64,000 nt of DNA from Glycera tridactyla (taxonomy: Eukaryota), in contig OZ286469.1 of the NCBI GenBank assembly GCA_965644265.1, positions 38,130,001 through 38,194,000 of the forward strand. The letters are read 5' to 3'. A program made the position numbers and the translations under genes. Shown here in pieces: positions 1-12,900 of this stretch (positions are counted from its first letter, which is position 1; every line of letters starts with the position of its first letter). The notes under the pieces are model-generated. The model ran no database searches. It was not told where the DNA came from and was given only the letters and a program-made list of their open reading frames with translations.

Positions 1-467
1 TTTCATATGATCCAAAAATAAGATATGCTTTGAATACAAGATATATTGTCCCTGGTGGCAATATTGATTCATAGCTGCATTGGCCATCCATCTGAAGAGA
101 ACCAGTGAAGTTCATGGAAAAACCAACATTGTCATTTGGATATGAGACATTGATTCATGTCGGTCTCTGACTTTCTTCATGCAGTTTGTAGTGAACAAGT
201 AGATATTTCTGTTCCCATGATATTGCGGTATTTTGGTGTTGTGGACGTTTGAGGAAATGTAGTTGAAATTAGGTGCAATGTGCAAACTTGTAGGCATGAA
301 CTGGAATGAAAATCCAACCGGGTGCATGTGATCCTTAAGAGACTACCCTCATGGTTAGATGCCATGGGCTTACTTCACTGGGAAGTAGCCCACCCAGAAG
401 TTGCAGAGAGGCTCTCAAATGCCATGGTTTTATAAAGGAACCCCTGATGATTGACAGTGATCCTTTA

Positions 468-1010
468 TTATACCCCCCCCCCCCCCCTCAAATGAAGTTT
501 GGAAGGGGGTATACTGGAGTCACTGTTGGTCGGTCGGTCGGTCGATTGGTCTGTCTGCCAAAGTTTGTCCTGCAAACTACTCCACCATTTCTCAAGCTTT
601 TGGATTGAGACTTGGCATATGTCATCACCATGAAGTGCAGATATGCGAGACACAATTTTCGTGCGGAGTTTGGAATTTGAGGCAGCCGGAAATCAATGAG
701 GCTCATCAATTGTCTGTATGGTGTAAGGCCTCTCACACTGACTGCCCTTGGCTTTCCTTTCGTTGTATGTTACATTCTCCATAATAGACATGCTTCTGTT
801 GCTCTTCTATATGACCTCATTTATTCCTTTGCTCCCTCAACCCCCCCCCCCCCCCACACACACACACTCAATGAAATCCACCTGTCTATAAAGGCCACTT
901 TTGGTGTGTCAGGTTTGCTGTCCCTTGGTCATATTGCGTACAGTCTGTGTCAAAGTTGGGGGGGGGGGGGGGGGGGTATTTTTAGTCACCTCTGTGATAA
1001 AGCTCTAGTT
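468..1010 (+). mobile_element. DINE-1/HINE-like (Helentron-associated) non-autonomous element, apparently complete
   Basis: 5' TTATACCCC...GGGGTATA inverted repeat (469-513) and (GGTC)n microsatellite (~528-552). 3' sub-terminal GGGGTAT followed by stem-loop GTCAC-CTCT-GTGA(T) and CTAG-TT. This is the DINE-1/HINE layout. Confidence 0.72.
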
Positions 1011-1475
1011 CTTGCTGGGAGTTATCTGTTCAACTCATGACTGGTTGTTTAGTTTGGAACCTAGATGTAACAGTCTAACCCTTTACTACTCACATTTCAT
1101 GCCGGGTCATTGCTGTTGGCCTTGCAAATGCATCCTGATCCCCTAAGCCAGAGTAGTTGCCATCTGTAAAAAGGTCAAAAAGGTCACAGTGATGATATTT
1201 CATCATGATGTCTTTCTTGTATCTTCGAGAGGGAAATTGCGAAAATACAGAGGGATAAGAAAACCATGTGGATTCTATTCTTTATGAGTGAACTTGCTGC
1301 ATTCAATCTCTGCCTCACAGCATTTACACTGGTGTCCTCTCAAGACCTCTAGATATGGGTGAAATAAGTATTTACTTAGTTGTATTAAGTTCTCTCTCAG
1401 TCATTTGAGTAATTCAGGTTACCAAATTTCCTCAACTGTCAGCACTTAACAACAATTCCGGTTGCACGTAATCCT

Positions 1476-1595
1476 GTGTTCAGGGTTTGTGACAGTGATG
1501 GCCACAGGGAAGTGAACATTAGGCTTTCATTGAAAGGGACACATGGCATACATAACACCATGGGTTGATACTTGCCTTTCAAACCTCAACCAAAC
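1476..1595 (+). repeat. SINE-like 3' end, copy 1 of 4
   Basis: gtgttcagggtttgtga.agtga...ctttcatt...acatacata..c.agggttgatac followed by an AAAC-type tail; also at 20158-20295 (-), 53151-53280 and 56865-57000. Confidence 0.55.
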
Positions 1596-1891
1596 TATGG
1601 ACTCAGTTTTGCCAAAATATTAAGTTGAGATTGTCTGTTCACTCAAGACATGGAGTTCACAGCTTGAGTCTCTGAGGATGAGAATTGAATGTCTCATAGG
1701 GAAGTTGGAGATGGAGGTGATATGGTGATGCAGTGATGAATGTCACATCAGACAGCTTCTGCTCCTCAATAATGCAGTAGTTGTGACCTAAATATAGCTT
1801 TGATGGAATCTGACAATGGACATGTAGACTGAGATTATGTCTGGGGGATCATTATGTCTGCACTGGATCCTCTCCTGCTTCAGTTTATAGG

Positions 1892-1893
<2 letters not shown>

Positions 1894-1953
<60 letters not shown>
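1894..1953. repeat. (GT)n microsatellite
   Basis: About 30 perfect units. Confidence 0.97.
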
Positions 1954-1955
<2 letters not shown>

Positions 1956-2077
1956 CAGGGGATGACTTAGACACACTGTACACTATCCAGATGAATTTCA
2001 TGCATTCCCTAACAAATGCCAGCCATATATCAGGTCTTGCAGCAAGCCTGATTGAATCGAGTGATGATGATGATGAT

Positions 2078-2310
2078 TTTTTGGCTCGCATGCGAAGCTA
2101 AATGCGAGTCTTTGTAATCACGCAGTTGGTCCGGCCGTCCGTCCGTCCGGCCGGCGTGAAGGTCTGAGGTTAAGGTTTTGGTTAAAGTTTTTCGTTGAAG
2201 CCTCACTCGGCTAATATTGCACCTACATTCTTGAAATTTGGTATACATATGCATCAGTAGTTGGACAACAACATGGGAGCATTCTTTTTCATAATCCATC
2301 TCATATAGTT
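2078..2310 (+). mobile_element. HINE-like fragment related internally to 30231-30535
   Basis: T-run start, ctcgcat...atgcgag inverted repeat, (GTCC)n tract, and a ~60-bp segment nearly identical to 30380-30440. Confidence 0.55.
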
Positions 2311-2639
2311 GGGAAATTCTGAGGGGAAAGAAGACTTTTTATTTGTGAGTTTGGAATTTATTGAGACAGCTGGATCCATTCATTCTGCCTGAGTTGCATA
2401 AGACACCACGGAAATCTACATGATTCTCCGCCTGTCCTTTCATTGTTGGGGAAGGCTCTCCCGGTGACTCTATTGTTCTGGCTCTGTTACATAATTGTCT
2501 AATCAGTTTCATGCACCAACTGCTACATCAAGCACTGTATAAATAGATGGACCTAAGTTCACTTTGTCATACATACACTAGTATGCATATCCTATTATTT
2601 GCTGGACCTCATTTCACTTTCTTATACATACACATGTAT

Positions 2640-3001
2640 GGGTGGGGGTGGGGGAACGGTTGAGGGGAAGTGTTGGGCGGGGGAGGGGGGGGGGGGGGGC
2701 AGGGGAAGGGGGGGGGGCAGGGATGGGTGATTGGTGGGGTGAGTTCTGTGGTGGGTGTGGGGGAGGGGTGTTGGGGATTGGTTGGTTGGTTCTGGGTGGG
2801 GGGGGGGGGAAGGGGGTAAGGGCCAGGGATGGGTAGCAGTAGGGGTGGGGGTGGGGAAGATGGGTGGGGGGGAGATGGGTTGGGGTGGGCTGCAGATATG
2901 GGGCTGGGTGTGTGTGTGTGTGTGAGGGGGAGGGTGGGGGTGGGTGATTGGTGGGGTGGGGGTGGGGGAGGTTGGGCCTGGGGTGGGGGAGTGGGGGAAG
3001 G
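2640..3001. repeat. Extremely G-rich low-complexity tract abutting an N-gap
   Basis: Irregular G-runs; ends at the 3002-3282 gap. Confidence 0.8.
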
Positions 3002-3388
3002 NNNNNNNNNNNNNNNNNNNNNNNNNNNNNNNNNNNNNNNNNNNNNNNNNNNNNNNNNNNNNNNNNNNNNNNNNNNNNNNNNNNNNNNNNNNNNNNNNNN
3101 NNNNNNNNNNNNNNNNNNNNNNNNNNNNNNNNNNNNNNNNNNNNNNNNNNNNNNNNNNNNNNNNNNNNNNNNNNNNNNNNNNNNNNNNNNNNNNNNNNNN
3201 NNNNNNNNNNNNNNNNNNNNNNNNNNNNNNNNNNNNNNNNNNNNNNNNNNNNNNNNNNNNNNNNNNNNNNNNNNNNNNNNNNGGCGTGCATGCGAGCTTT
3301 TTGTGCATTTATGCCTTGTTCAAGCGTGTATTGAGTGTATTTGCATACTAGTATGGCTGTATTTGTGTGTGAAATTGATGCACCTTAA

Positions 3389-5388
3389 CCCTTTCCCGCA
3401 TACACGACAGCGTCATGGCGTGCATCTATGCATATGCACCAGCTTACCATGACGTGTTTCCAAGGGAAGGGTCAAATGTCACCCTGCGCATGAAATAATC
3501 ACGTCATAACGTGATTTTGACACCTCCAAACTGGAATGCATAGCGGCTAATGTGGAGCCCTGCATCCATAATGATCCATCAATAACCACCAAAAAATTCG
3601 TATAAGCGAAACAGAACACGCGGAAAACGATGGTAAGTGTAGTTTTTCTATTGGAATCGCCATTTCATCACAGCTGATCAGAAGAGCAGATATGACATAC
3701 GCGGTGATCCCGGTACTACACGCTGAATACATGTCAGACGCCAGGTAAACAAACAAGACCTTCTCACGGGAATATAGTCATCATTTGAGAAATATGCAGC
3801 CGATCTCCATGAAAAAATTATTTTCAGCTCCACAAGAACCTAATAAACACGTGTGTGAAGACGGCATGTTGATATTTTGAATAGTTTCTTCACAAATGCA
3901 AGATGAGTACAGATTTACGCACAACTTTTGGTGGGAGAAAAATCGCGCCACACTGACGAATGACTGCCGGATATTTTCTCAACGAAAAGACCTAATTAAC
4001 ACATGAAATATTGTCCGTCATTGAAAAATCATTCGATAAATGTGTTGGTTGTATTTTATTTGTGTGTTATGGAAGAAAGAACTGTGAAAATACGACGAAT
4101 ATTGGCTGAATGGGGGCCGAATGAAGAGTGGCGTCTGTATAACCACTCTCGCTCACTTTGACAGGTCAATCGCAAGTTTTCAACAAAGACTTTGCGTGGG
4201 AGATCTGCAATCGCTTCAAGAATACTGGTCAAAACTCAACAAATCATATACGTATATATTCACAAGAAGTTCCTCTACACGTCTGTGCAAACGGAATGTC
4301 GATATTTTGAATAGTTTCTTCATAAATGGAGTGAGAAGTTGGGGCCGGCTTTGACAACAAGAATGCTTACTGTATCTCAATGTGCGCTTTTCTGGGAAAG
4401 AGAGCCTCATCTTTATGGCAGAAATAACCCAAGAAATAACCAAAATCTGTGAAAAAACATGTGATAGATGTATTCCTCATGGCCTTTTTGTGTGGGGGGT
4501 AAGGTTAAAGTGTGAAAATATGACGGATATTTGCCAAATGAGAGCCGAATGAAGAGTGAAGTCTGAATCAACTGTGTATAACCATTCAGGCTCATTCTGA
4601 CGTGTCAATCTCGAATTTTCTATGATGACTTTCATGCGGAATTTCTGCCATCTCGCTGAGAATTCTGGCCAAAACTGCATAAATCATATCCTGATGTGTT
4701 CAAAAGAACTTCCTTTACACGTTTGTGCAGATGGCATATCGATATTTCAAATGGTTTCTTCACAAAGAATGGCTGAAGTTGCCGGCCGGCTGTGACAACT
4801 CGAATGCCAGACTGCGTCTCAAACACGTGGCGTACTCGAATCCCACATCGCCATTGAAAGCAAAAATACCATAGAAATATCGAACTCACAGTAAAAACGA
4901 TTACACGATTAAATCCGCGGATATCCGTTTGTATATACTCCATGTATAAATCCTGAGAATCCGTCGAATATTCGCCAGAAACAGTGGAGATGTCAAGAGA
5001 GCAGCTTCATCTCTGTGCGCCGCCATCTTGGATCTAGCCTCCTTGTTGGCTTTCGTTTGCCGGGAAATTCCTACATCGGTGGTTCTGAGTCACATGACCT
5101 GAACGTTCTATTTTTAGAATGTATACAAGGGGGAAGCCCAGGCTCTCCTCTTCACGATTGTGTTTGGTTCATATCGATATTCGCAGTGAAAGCCACTCAA
5201 AAGACGTATTTTCTGACATGAGTTTTTCTATTTTTCTTGCGACTCTTTTGGTTGCTGCGTCATTTTGCGTCCTATGCACACACAGGGTATGCGTGAATTT
5301 GCGTCCTATGCAGACGCAGTGTATGCGTGAATTTGCGTTCTATGCGAATGTGGGGTATGCGTCAATTCGCGTCATATGCGGGAAAGGG
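3389..5388. mobile_element. Non-autonomous piggyBac-like DNA transposon (2,000 bp)
   Basis: TTAA at 3385-88 and 5389-92. Perfect 14-bp TIRs CCCTTTCCCGCATA / TATGCGGGAAAGGG. CpG-richer than the flanks; no transposase-like ORF in the ORF track. Confidence 0.85.
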
Positions 5389-7447
5389 TTAAATATTTCA
5401 CCCTTTCAATGGGTGCATACAAGTGCATACAACCTCTCTTGCATTTATGCATTGTATTGCTTGTTAATCATGTCATTGGAAATTCCCCACGGATCCTGCT
5501 AGGAGGGGTGCTGTCTCCCTCATTTTCCATTGCATGTGCTTATCATAGTAGAACCTCAGCACTCAGACATATATCTTCAACAGACTGAATATTTCAGCAT
5601 TGATTTACTGCGACATTCATCCTTATGACCTTGAAACCGGTCATCAAACTTGCTGAACTGTGTTCGTAGCCATGTTATTACCAGAGCTGTGCACATTCCA
5701 AAGAGGTAACAAGTGCAAAGTGCAAGGCATGAGCTATATGCAGTTGAAATAAATGTGAAATTTTTATGAGAACCTGACAGTTTTATTTCAAGTTGCCAGC
5801 TTCATAGATATGCTCGCAGCTTTAGTTGCGCTCACTGAGCGTAGACTGGCTGTTAGTGAGTGGTCTTTAACCAGTTCACACTCACATTGGAATTTCACCT
5901 CTCTTAGTATTAAAGTTAGGATTCTTCTCATGAAGGTGAGTTGAAACTTAGTCAGCTGAAAGGATAGGATGCAAATAAGAAGGCTGAAACACTTTGTAAT
6001 ATATTCATATCGTATGCTAGACCCAGATAAACCAGAAAGAGTTGATTATATGCAAAACCAGCACTCAGGAAACACTCATAATAGTGAGCAAACAATTTCA
6101 TTCAAGTGAAGATCTAAACCACACAGGTCTGAAGGGAATTTCCGTAAACATAGAGCATCCCTTTGCCACAAATCACCAAACTCAATGACATGTGCAAATT
6201 CTCCCGTTTTTGGAGAGATGCTAGTGAAAGGACTCCCATAGAGGTATCTCTATGCTCAGTCCTTGGGAAGTAGGCAGTATCATCTAGATTTTATTTTTCT
6301 TTGAAACTCCTGACCTGATTGTGAGTCCATGGTCTCTTTCCATGGTCTCTTTCCCCTCCCCGATATTAACGGTTCATGAATTGGTATCTGATCTCACTGT
6401 CTTAGGAATACTGGATATATACCCATATGATTGGTATGTGTGTGTGTGTCTATTCAGGAAAGCGATGATTCTGCACGTGCTTCTGACTGATTTGTAAATT
6501 TTATTTTCAGTAATTGATATATAATTTTTGCAGGACCGGCGCAAAATTTGAATTGATATTTGTGATTGTAACTGTGTGATAAATTCCCATTGTACTAACC
6601 CTGTTAATTCTTAAGCATATCTAACATTTATGTCATATAATCTAATTATTACCGTGTATAATTGCATAACCTGTCTCTTGTCTAGATTTCTTGTATGTAT
6701 GTTGATTTTCTGCTATGGTTTATGAATCTATCCATGTTACTCATCTCATTCCTTGGTGTGCAAGAAAGCTGTGTTTGGGCTTATGCAATTGTACATATAA
6801 TCAGTACAAACTAATGTTGGGATTCGATTTTCTTTTCACGTTTGAAGTTTGATTTTCAAATCAAATTGTTTGATTTTCACCATATTTTTGCTCATGTGCT
6901 ATTACAAGTAAATCCTTCTATATAGCTCCTATTTATTGAATATACTTTCTTTGCAAGTTCAAGGAAATAACATTTAGAAGTGAAGTCAAAAATTACAAAC
7001 TGAGAACTTGCCTTGTGCAAGGTTACATTCAGTTTCCATGGTAGCCAATTATTATCCATTTCATCATGTAGCACATTTGTTCCAGCATGTGGCTGGATGG
7101 GGCTGGGAGCATGAAGGGGGCAAGTTGAACTGATGTAGTGGTCAGTTGCTGGAAGAATGTTTGAGTAGTTGGAGCTACAGAAACGACTTCGTTTAGTGTC
7201 GAACATTGGCACATCACTAATACAAACAAATTATTAACTCAATGATCATATGAATTTTTATTGAAGTTAATTAAACTTGCTGTTGCTACATCCCGCATTA
7301 GCCTGCATGATTAATGAAAAGTATGATATGAAAAAGTCAACATTCAGCTGGTGCCTGTATTGAACTTTGTTGAAAGGAATACAGTATATCTACTCTCTAA
7401 TCACAACAGGTTTTGTAAGCTGAAGTAGAAGTTTTATTAAGTATTAT

Positions 7448-7656
7448 AGCAAGACTATATGGCCGTGAAGTAAAAACGCCTTCGGCCTCGAGACACCGTT
7501 CGGTATTCCGTTTTTACTTCACGGCCATATAGTCTTGCTTTTATCACATGGATTAGGGAAGAAATTGTCTGAAAGTGGTTCTTATCCAGCTGTGAAGTAT
7601 CACACGCAATACTCAACACCTGATACTTCACTGAAAATGGCACATCCATGTGATAA
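7448..7656. mobile_element. Fold-back repeat element with a 31-bp perfect palindrome plus a 13-bp inverted repeat (superfamily unassigned)
   Basis: Arms 7448-7478 and 7509-7539; TTATCACATGGAT (7541) / ATCCATGTGATAA (7644); related copies at ~18590-18740 and 36667-37624. Confidence 0.7.
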
Positions 7657-7894
7657 TATACAGTGCCTGATGATGCATGCATCTCTTGACATGTGAAGTA
7701 CGTCTTGTCATATGTGGGAGTCATAATTCAGTCTGTAACTTGAATAAGAGATATGCTCAATGAAAATACACATCAATGAAGGGGGGCAGAATACTGATGA
7801 CGATAATTGATGTGTGACCAGTGAAGTTCAGATTACTTTCAACCTTATTATCTGTGAGCTTGATTCTATGATCGACATATCAGATGTGAGGATG

Positions 7895-7895
7895 G

Positions 7896-7927
<32 letters not shown>

Positions 7928-8370
7928 CAAATGGGCAGACAGTTAGANNNNNNNNNNNNNNNNNNNNNNNNNNNNNNNNNNNNNNNNNNNNNNNNNNNNN
8001 NNNNNNNNNNNNNNNNNNNNNNNNNNNNNNNNNNNNNNNNNNNNNNNNNNNNNNNNNNNNNNNNNNNNNNNNNNNNNNNNNNNNNNNNNNNNNNNNNNNN
8101 NNNNNNNNCAAACACATACAGACAGACAGTCAGTCAAGATGGACAGAAAGATCGGCAGACAGACAGACAGACCAAAATAAAGGCAAGTGGACAGAGACTG
8201 AGAGATGATACGTGGGCAGGAAGGCTTGGATAAAGAGAGCGTAGAAGACAGAAAGAAATAGAGAAGTGCCATCCATCCATCTGTCCATCCAGATGGACAG
8301 ACAGACAGGCAGACAAAGAGACAGACAGATAAACAAAGAGACAGACAGACAAACAAAGGGACAGACAGAA
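7895..8370. repeat. (GGCA)n/(GACA)n microsatellite region spanning an N-gap
   Basis: Direct reading. Confidence 0.88.
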
Positions 8371-8970
8371 ATAGATATTCTGGATAGACCCTTATAACAT
8401 CCTTTTCATGTTTGCGTTCTGATGTATTGCAGCAGTGTAGATGATAGTAGTGGTCCCTGTGTGACCATCTATAACCGGCAGTATACACAGATCAAACACT
8501 AAAATCTTACAGATAAGATGATCCATCGTGGTTGCTTTCCACACTCTACGTCTCTATCTTTTCTCCATCAACCCTTTTGTGGCACTGGCTTCCACGAGGC
8601 CTATTTCACTAGGGGCAATCATAAGAACAAAAGATGATACCACACTCATCCAGCGCAATGACAATGCTAGAAGGACCGTGAATAGCCATGGCAAAGTTCA
8701 ACAGTTGAAATAAAACCAGACAAAAGGCAAAGTAGGGGGTTGAGTTCATTTGAAATTATGTAGATGCTCTCAATTACCCAAGGTGATTATGAGCATTTAA
8801 GACATTTGAGTGCACCCATATGCCTGGTGTGGCTCAGCATCAACCAGCACATCATTATGGCATCATTGGTTCATTGTCTCTTCCAGCCATGTTATTGTGT
8901 CACGAGACCAATTGATGTGTTAGGTGAAAATTCATTACTTGGGTTCCAGCAGTGATGAGAGAATTCAAAT

Positions 8971-9977
8971 TGACAGTATGACAGTATGACAGTATGATAA
9001 AATCTTTATTTAGTCTGGCGGATGTAGCAACAATCCATAGTACAAAAACACAGTAGAAAAAATGTGAAGCATGCCAGCAAGAAGCGCTACTACCAGATGC
9101 TATAAACCTTCTAGTCAAGTTTCGTCATATAAGTATATTAATACCATATGTTTGGTTTCAGTAATCAATTCAACCAACAGGTTGTAGTATCTCCTAGAAA
9201 AATGGTACGCGATATGGAAGAAAAGAGTAGAATGGGCTTGAGTATAGGCGGATATCATTCAGATGATGGTAGATAAGATTCAGAAAGAGATAGGGAATGC
9301 CAAGAGACATGCAATGGGTACTATAAAAGCTAGATACAGATTAAGTATGAAAGATTTCGTGATACTACGCCTGGATTTTTCTAATAAAGACCTGAGACAA
9401 AACTGGGAAGAGTAATGGAGAAAAAGATTATTAGCTGTCCAACATCATAAATCGAGCAGGTCTCATCTTCCAATAGTTATTGACTTTAGTTTAGACTTTG
9501 AGATCTGCGTAGTTCAACATCAAGGCTGTTCCAGATCTCACCTACTGTTGTGCTGAAGGGATGTGTCCTCCCAAGAATCTCATGTTGGATCATTAGATGA
9601 GTCTGTTCTCAGAACATCGTCCATCAGATGGTGCCTGAAAAAGTTCTGGAATGACAATAACTTCATTTTAATTGGTGCAGCCATGCCCCTCGTGAAGTAA
9701 TTGATTGATTGCATGATGCTTAACATCTCTTCAACCCATGATGGGTTATATGAAGTTGAATACATGGGTCTGGTCTTAAAACATTATCATTCTAGCAATA
9801 ACAGCATTTGTTCTAGATATTCTGACCCTAATACAAAATGTTAGTAGACATTTAGGTCTATTGCTTCAGATGATTATTGCTTCATGTATCGGTTGAGTTC
9901 AGTGAAGATTCTGAATTACATAGTTGAAGTGAGGATATATCTCATACTAGATACAAAATACAAGAGGCTACAAATCT
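8971..9977 (-). mobile_element. Probable degenerate LINE 3' fragment
   Basis: Minus-strand AATAAA followed by an 8-bp tandem tail (TACTGTCA)x3. The upstream sequence is stop-riddled with only weak LINE C-terminus-like peptide remnants, and it runs into an N-gap. Confidence 0.4.
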
Positions 9978-12900
9978 NNNNNNNNNNNNNNNNNNNNNNN
10001 NNNNNNNNNNNNNNNNNNNNNNNNNNNNNNNNNNNNNNNNNNNNNNNNNNNNNNNNNNNNNNNNNNNNNNNNNNNNNNNNNNNNNNNNNNNNNNNNNNNN
10101 NNNNNNNNNNNNNNNNNNNNNNNNNNNNNNNNNNNNNNNNNNNNNNNNNNNNNNNNNNNNNNNNNNNNNNNNNNNNNNNNNNNNNNNNNNNNNNNNNNNN
10201 NNNNNNNNNNNNNNNNNNNNNNGGATTTGTCAGTTGTAACCCATGCTAGGAATATGAGGCTAGATGACCCTGAGAGAGGTCATGGCGGTGCTGCCATCAG
10301 CCAATAGGTGCTTGATAGACCAAGAACTTTGTCGGGAAATAACAATGACTGCTCTATGACACTGGTGACTATGTGGATTGAAACCCATTCTGTATTTTAG
10401 ATAGAAGTACATGTTTATTTGATTCCAACAATGAGTAGAAACTTGTATAGACAACATGTATTCATATGCCTATGGGGCAGGTTCTCTCCTGTGAGTAAGC
10501 AGGCCGATAGGGGTATCCTCCATGGGTAGGTGAGAGAAATCCCCAACACCCTACTAACTGCAAATCCAGTTATCTAAAAAAAACGAGCAAGTGATGCTAT
10601 GCTGATTTTTTTAATGGAAAGAGAGGAAACATAGTACCATAGCAAGGCAGTATGGAAACATCTCAAATCTCTTTTGGAATGCTGGTTTTGGGGGAGGGAA
10701 TCAACCAATTTAACATTAAAAAGATAGGATTTTCTTTTAGGGTGTTCTAGCCATGAGTTAATGCCGAGGGAACATTGTGAAAATCTGCCATTAGATTGAT
10801 TCCACCAGTGTGGAGCCCATGGCTCTTTGTATGAAAAACAACTTTTCGATATATCTCACCGTTTTATGAGTGATTGGGCCATGAGGAGGATACGAGTCAC
10901 CAGGGTATGGCAGTAAGCTCTGGTAGCATCGCAACCACTGCCGTAATGGATGTCTTCAGGGGTTATAAAGATGGCTAGGATCTGTGAGATAGGTTAGTAG
11001 CCATAGTACATATCCGCTATCTTGAGACAAAGATCTACCTGTCAGCGCCTCTCGCTGAGGTTTAGCTTTGGCTAGCGGCTTCTTTGTGACTTTGGCTATA
11101 ATATAGATATGAAGTCCATGAAGTTTTCATGAATTATGAAATTGACCATTCACATGAGTTGAAATGGCCAACATTGTGAATATCATCCTGTATGATATGT
11201 TCTTGTTATTCTTCTCGCATATCGAATAACGAAAATTTACTCTCATAACTTGCAGGAATGGCCCTGCTGACATGAATGATCCCACCCATGCCTTTGGCAT
11301 GGGCTTATCGATATAGACCAGCTGTAGTTCAACACTCAAAAAGTACTATTTTATCTAGCCTATGTAAATCATTTTGCTCATTTGATGACCCAAATTATGG
11401 AGAAATATATTCCATTTGTGAGCGAAGTGTAGAATTATGCAAGAGTATTGACAATCATTGTTATCCAGAGGGAATGTTTCTGTTGCTTTTTGTGATAATA
11501 ATACCAACCATAATAATAGGGAAAAAGTTTTGAGGAATTCTCAGTTCATGTCAATCCGTGGTCGAAAAGCTTAGCCTTCAGCGCTGCAGACCAAAATGGT
11601 GCCATGGTCACTGTGTGAGACAGCTGGAGACTGGATGATTGAGGCTAAATAATTTCTGGTCATCTGCGAACACATCAAACATGAGAGGAAGTGAGATATG
11701 TTGGTCCTTTCAGAATTCAGGTCATCTCCGCATTAGCGGGCAAGTAGAGCACATGTTAAGACCCGAAGGTTCCGGTCAGATGCTCGCCTAATGGCGATCA
11801 ATGCTTGCCTAATGGCGGATAGTGTATTTCCACTCATTAGTGCAGGACATGATAAATTGACCTGTCCGACTTTTATTTCTTGGTGAAAAAAGACATCTGC
11901 ATGTTCGTAATTGATCAACCCCTTTTATGTGTCAAGCTATTTTCCACTTCCTCTTTTAGATGGATCAGGATCGAAAATCATGTCGTTGCACTTCTCTTTT
12001 GCTTCAGCTGTGCATACGAGGATAACAAGGGCAGTGTTCGACTTTTTCCACCCACATTTCTTGCAACCGAAAACCATGGAGCAATAGGATATTCCATTCA
12101 CAGGAATGACTGCAGGAAATCCCATCCTTTCTTTTATGATACAGATGTTGCTAGAAACGCGCTAGCTTTCTTTGCAGAGAACCGAAGAACTGAACTTGCA
12201 ATTTGGCATGATTACACACTGCTATCGTATCTTTTATTTGTACTGATCTGTCCTCTACTTTGTGTTTCATCTTCGATTGGGGGATTCGACAAAAGACGGT
12301 CAGTGGCATTCTCATTCAACCATCTTATGAATTCATTTCTTCTGTGAAAGCACACACGTCATGGTACATCTTGATTGTCTGATTGGTGTACTGATGTTGA
12401 AGTGAAGATGCTGACTCAATTAGTGCAGCCCGTGCCTTTAGATGGTGTCATTTCGGGATCAGATAATCCCAGATATGATACACATAGAATCTTCAACTGA
12501 CTCAACATTCATTTCTCATATTGAAATTTCCCTTTGAGACAGTTTAATCATTCAAAGGGAGCTGCATATCACCCATCAGCCATTGGATAGATTCACATAT
12601 TTGACCCCCATTTCGGAGTTTATATGATTGACTTGAATGGTAGAGTAATTGACTGTTCAATCTGATATTTTGACAGATTGGTAAATTGACCAAACCATAG
12701 ACTTTTTGACTCATTGATGCAGTCCATGAGTAGTTTGAGATAACTAGAATTTTTAAACTATTTATACTTCTAGCCGTGATAAATAATTGCAGCACCGTAT
12801 GTAGATATTTGACTTGCTATTATATAAAAATGTATATGGTCAAGACTACTAGACAGTTAGCAGTCATTGATGAACTGGATGTCATATATTTGTGGGAGGT

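Noticed and set aside
2614-3452. Pro-rich and Gly-rich ORFs and G-quadruplex potential
   Set aside because: Low-complexity G tract next to an assembly gap; possibly low-quality sequence.
10260-10540. Possible tRNA-derived SINE on the minus strand (GGTTTCAATCC B-box-like)
   Set aside because: No clear A box or second copy in the window; cannot be supported without a library search.
11880-12347. 155-aa ORF with a hydrophobic end and a possible GTCAGT donor at ~12299, considered as a KChIP first exon
   Set aside because: No recognisable similarity to KChIP N-termini; the donor would be phase 2 in that frame while the core exon needs phase 1; non-ATG start.
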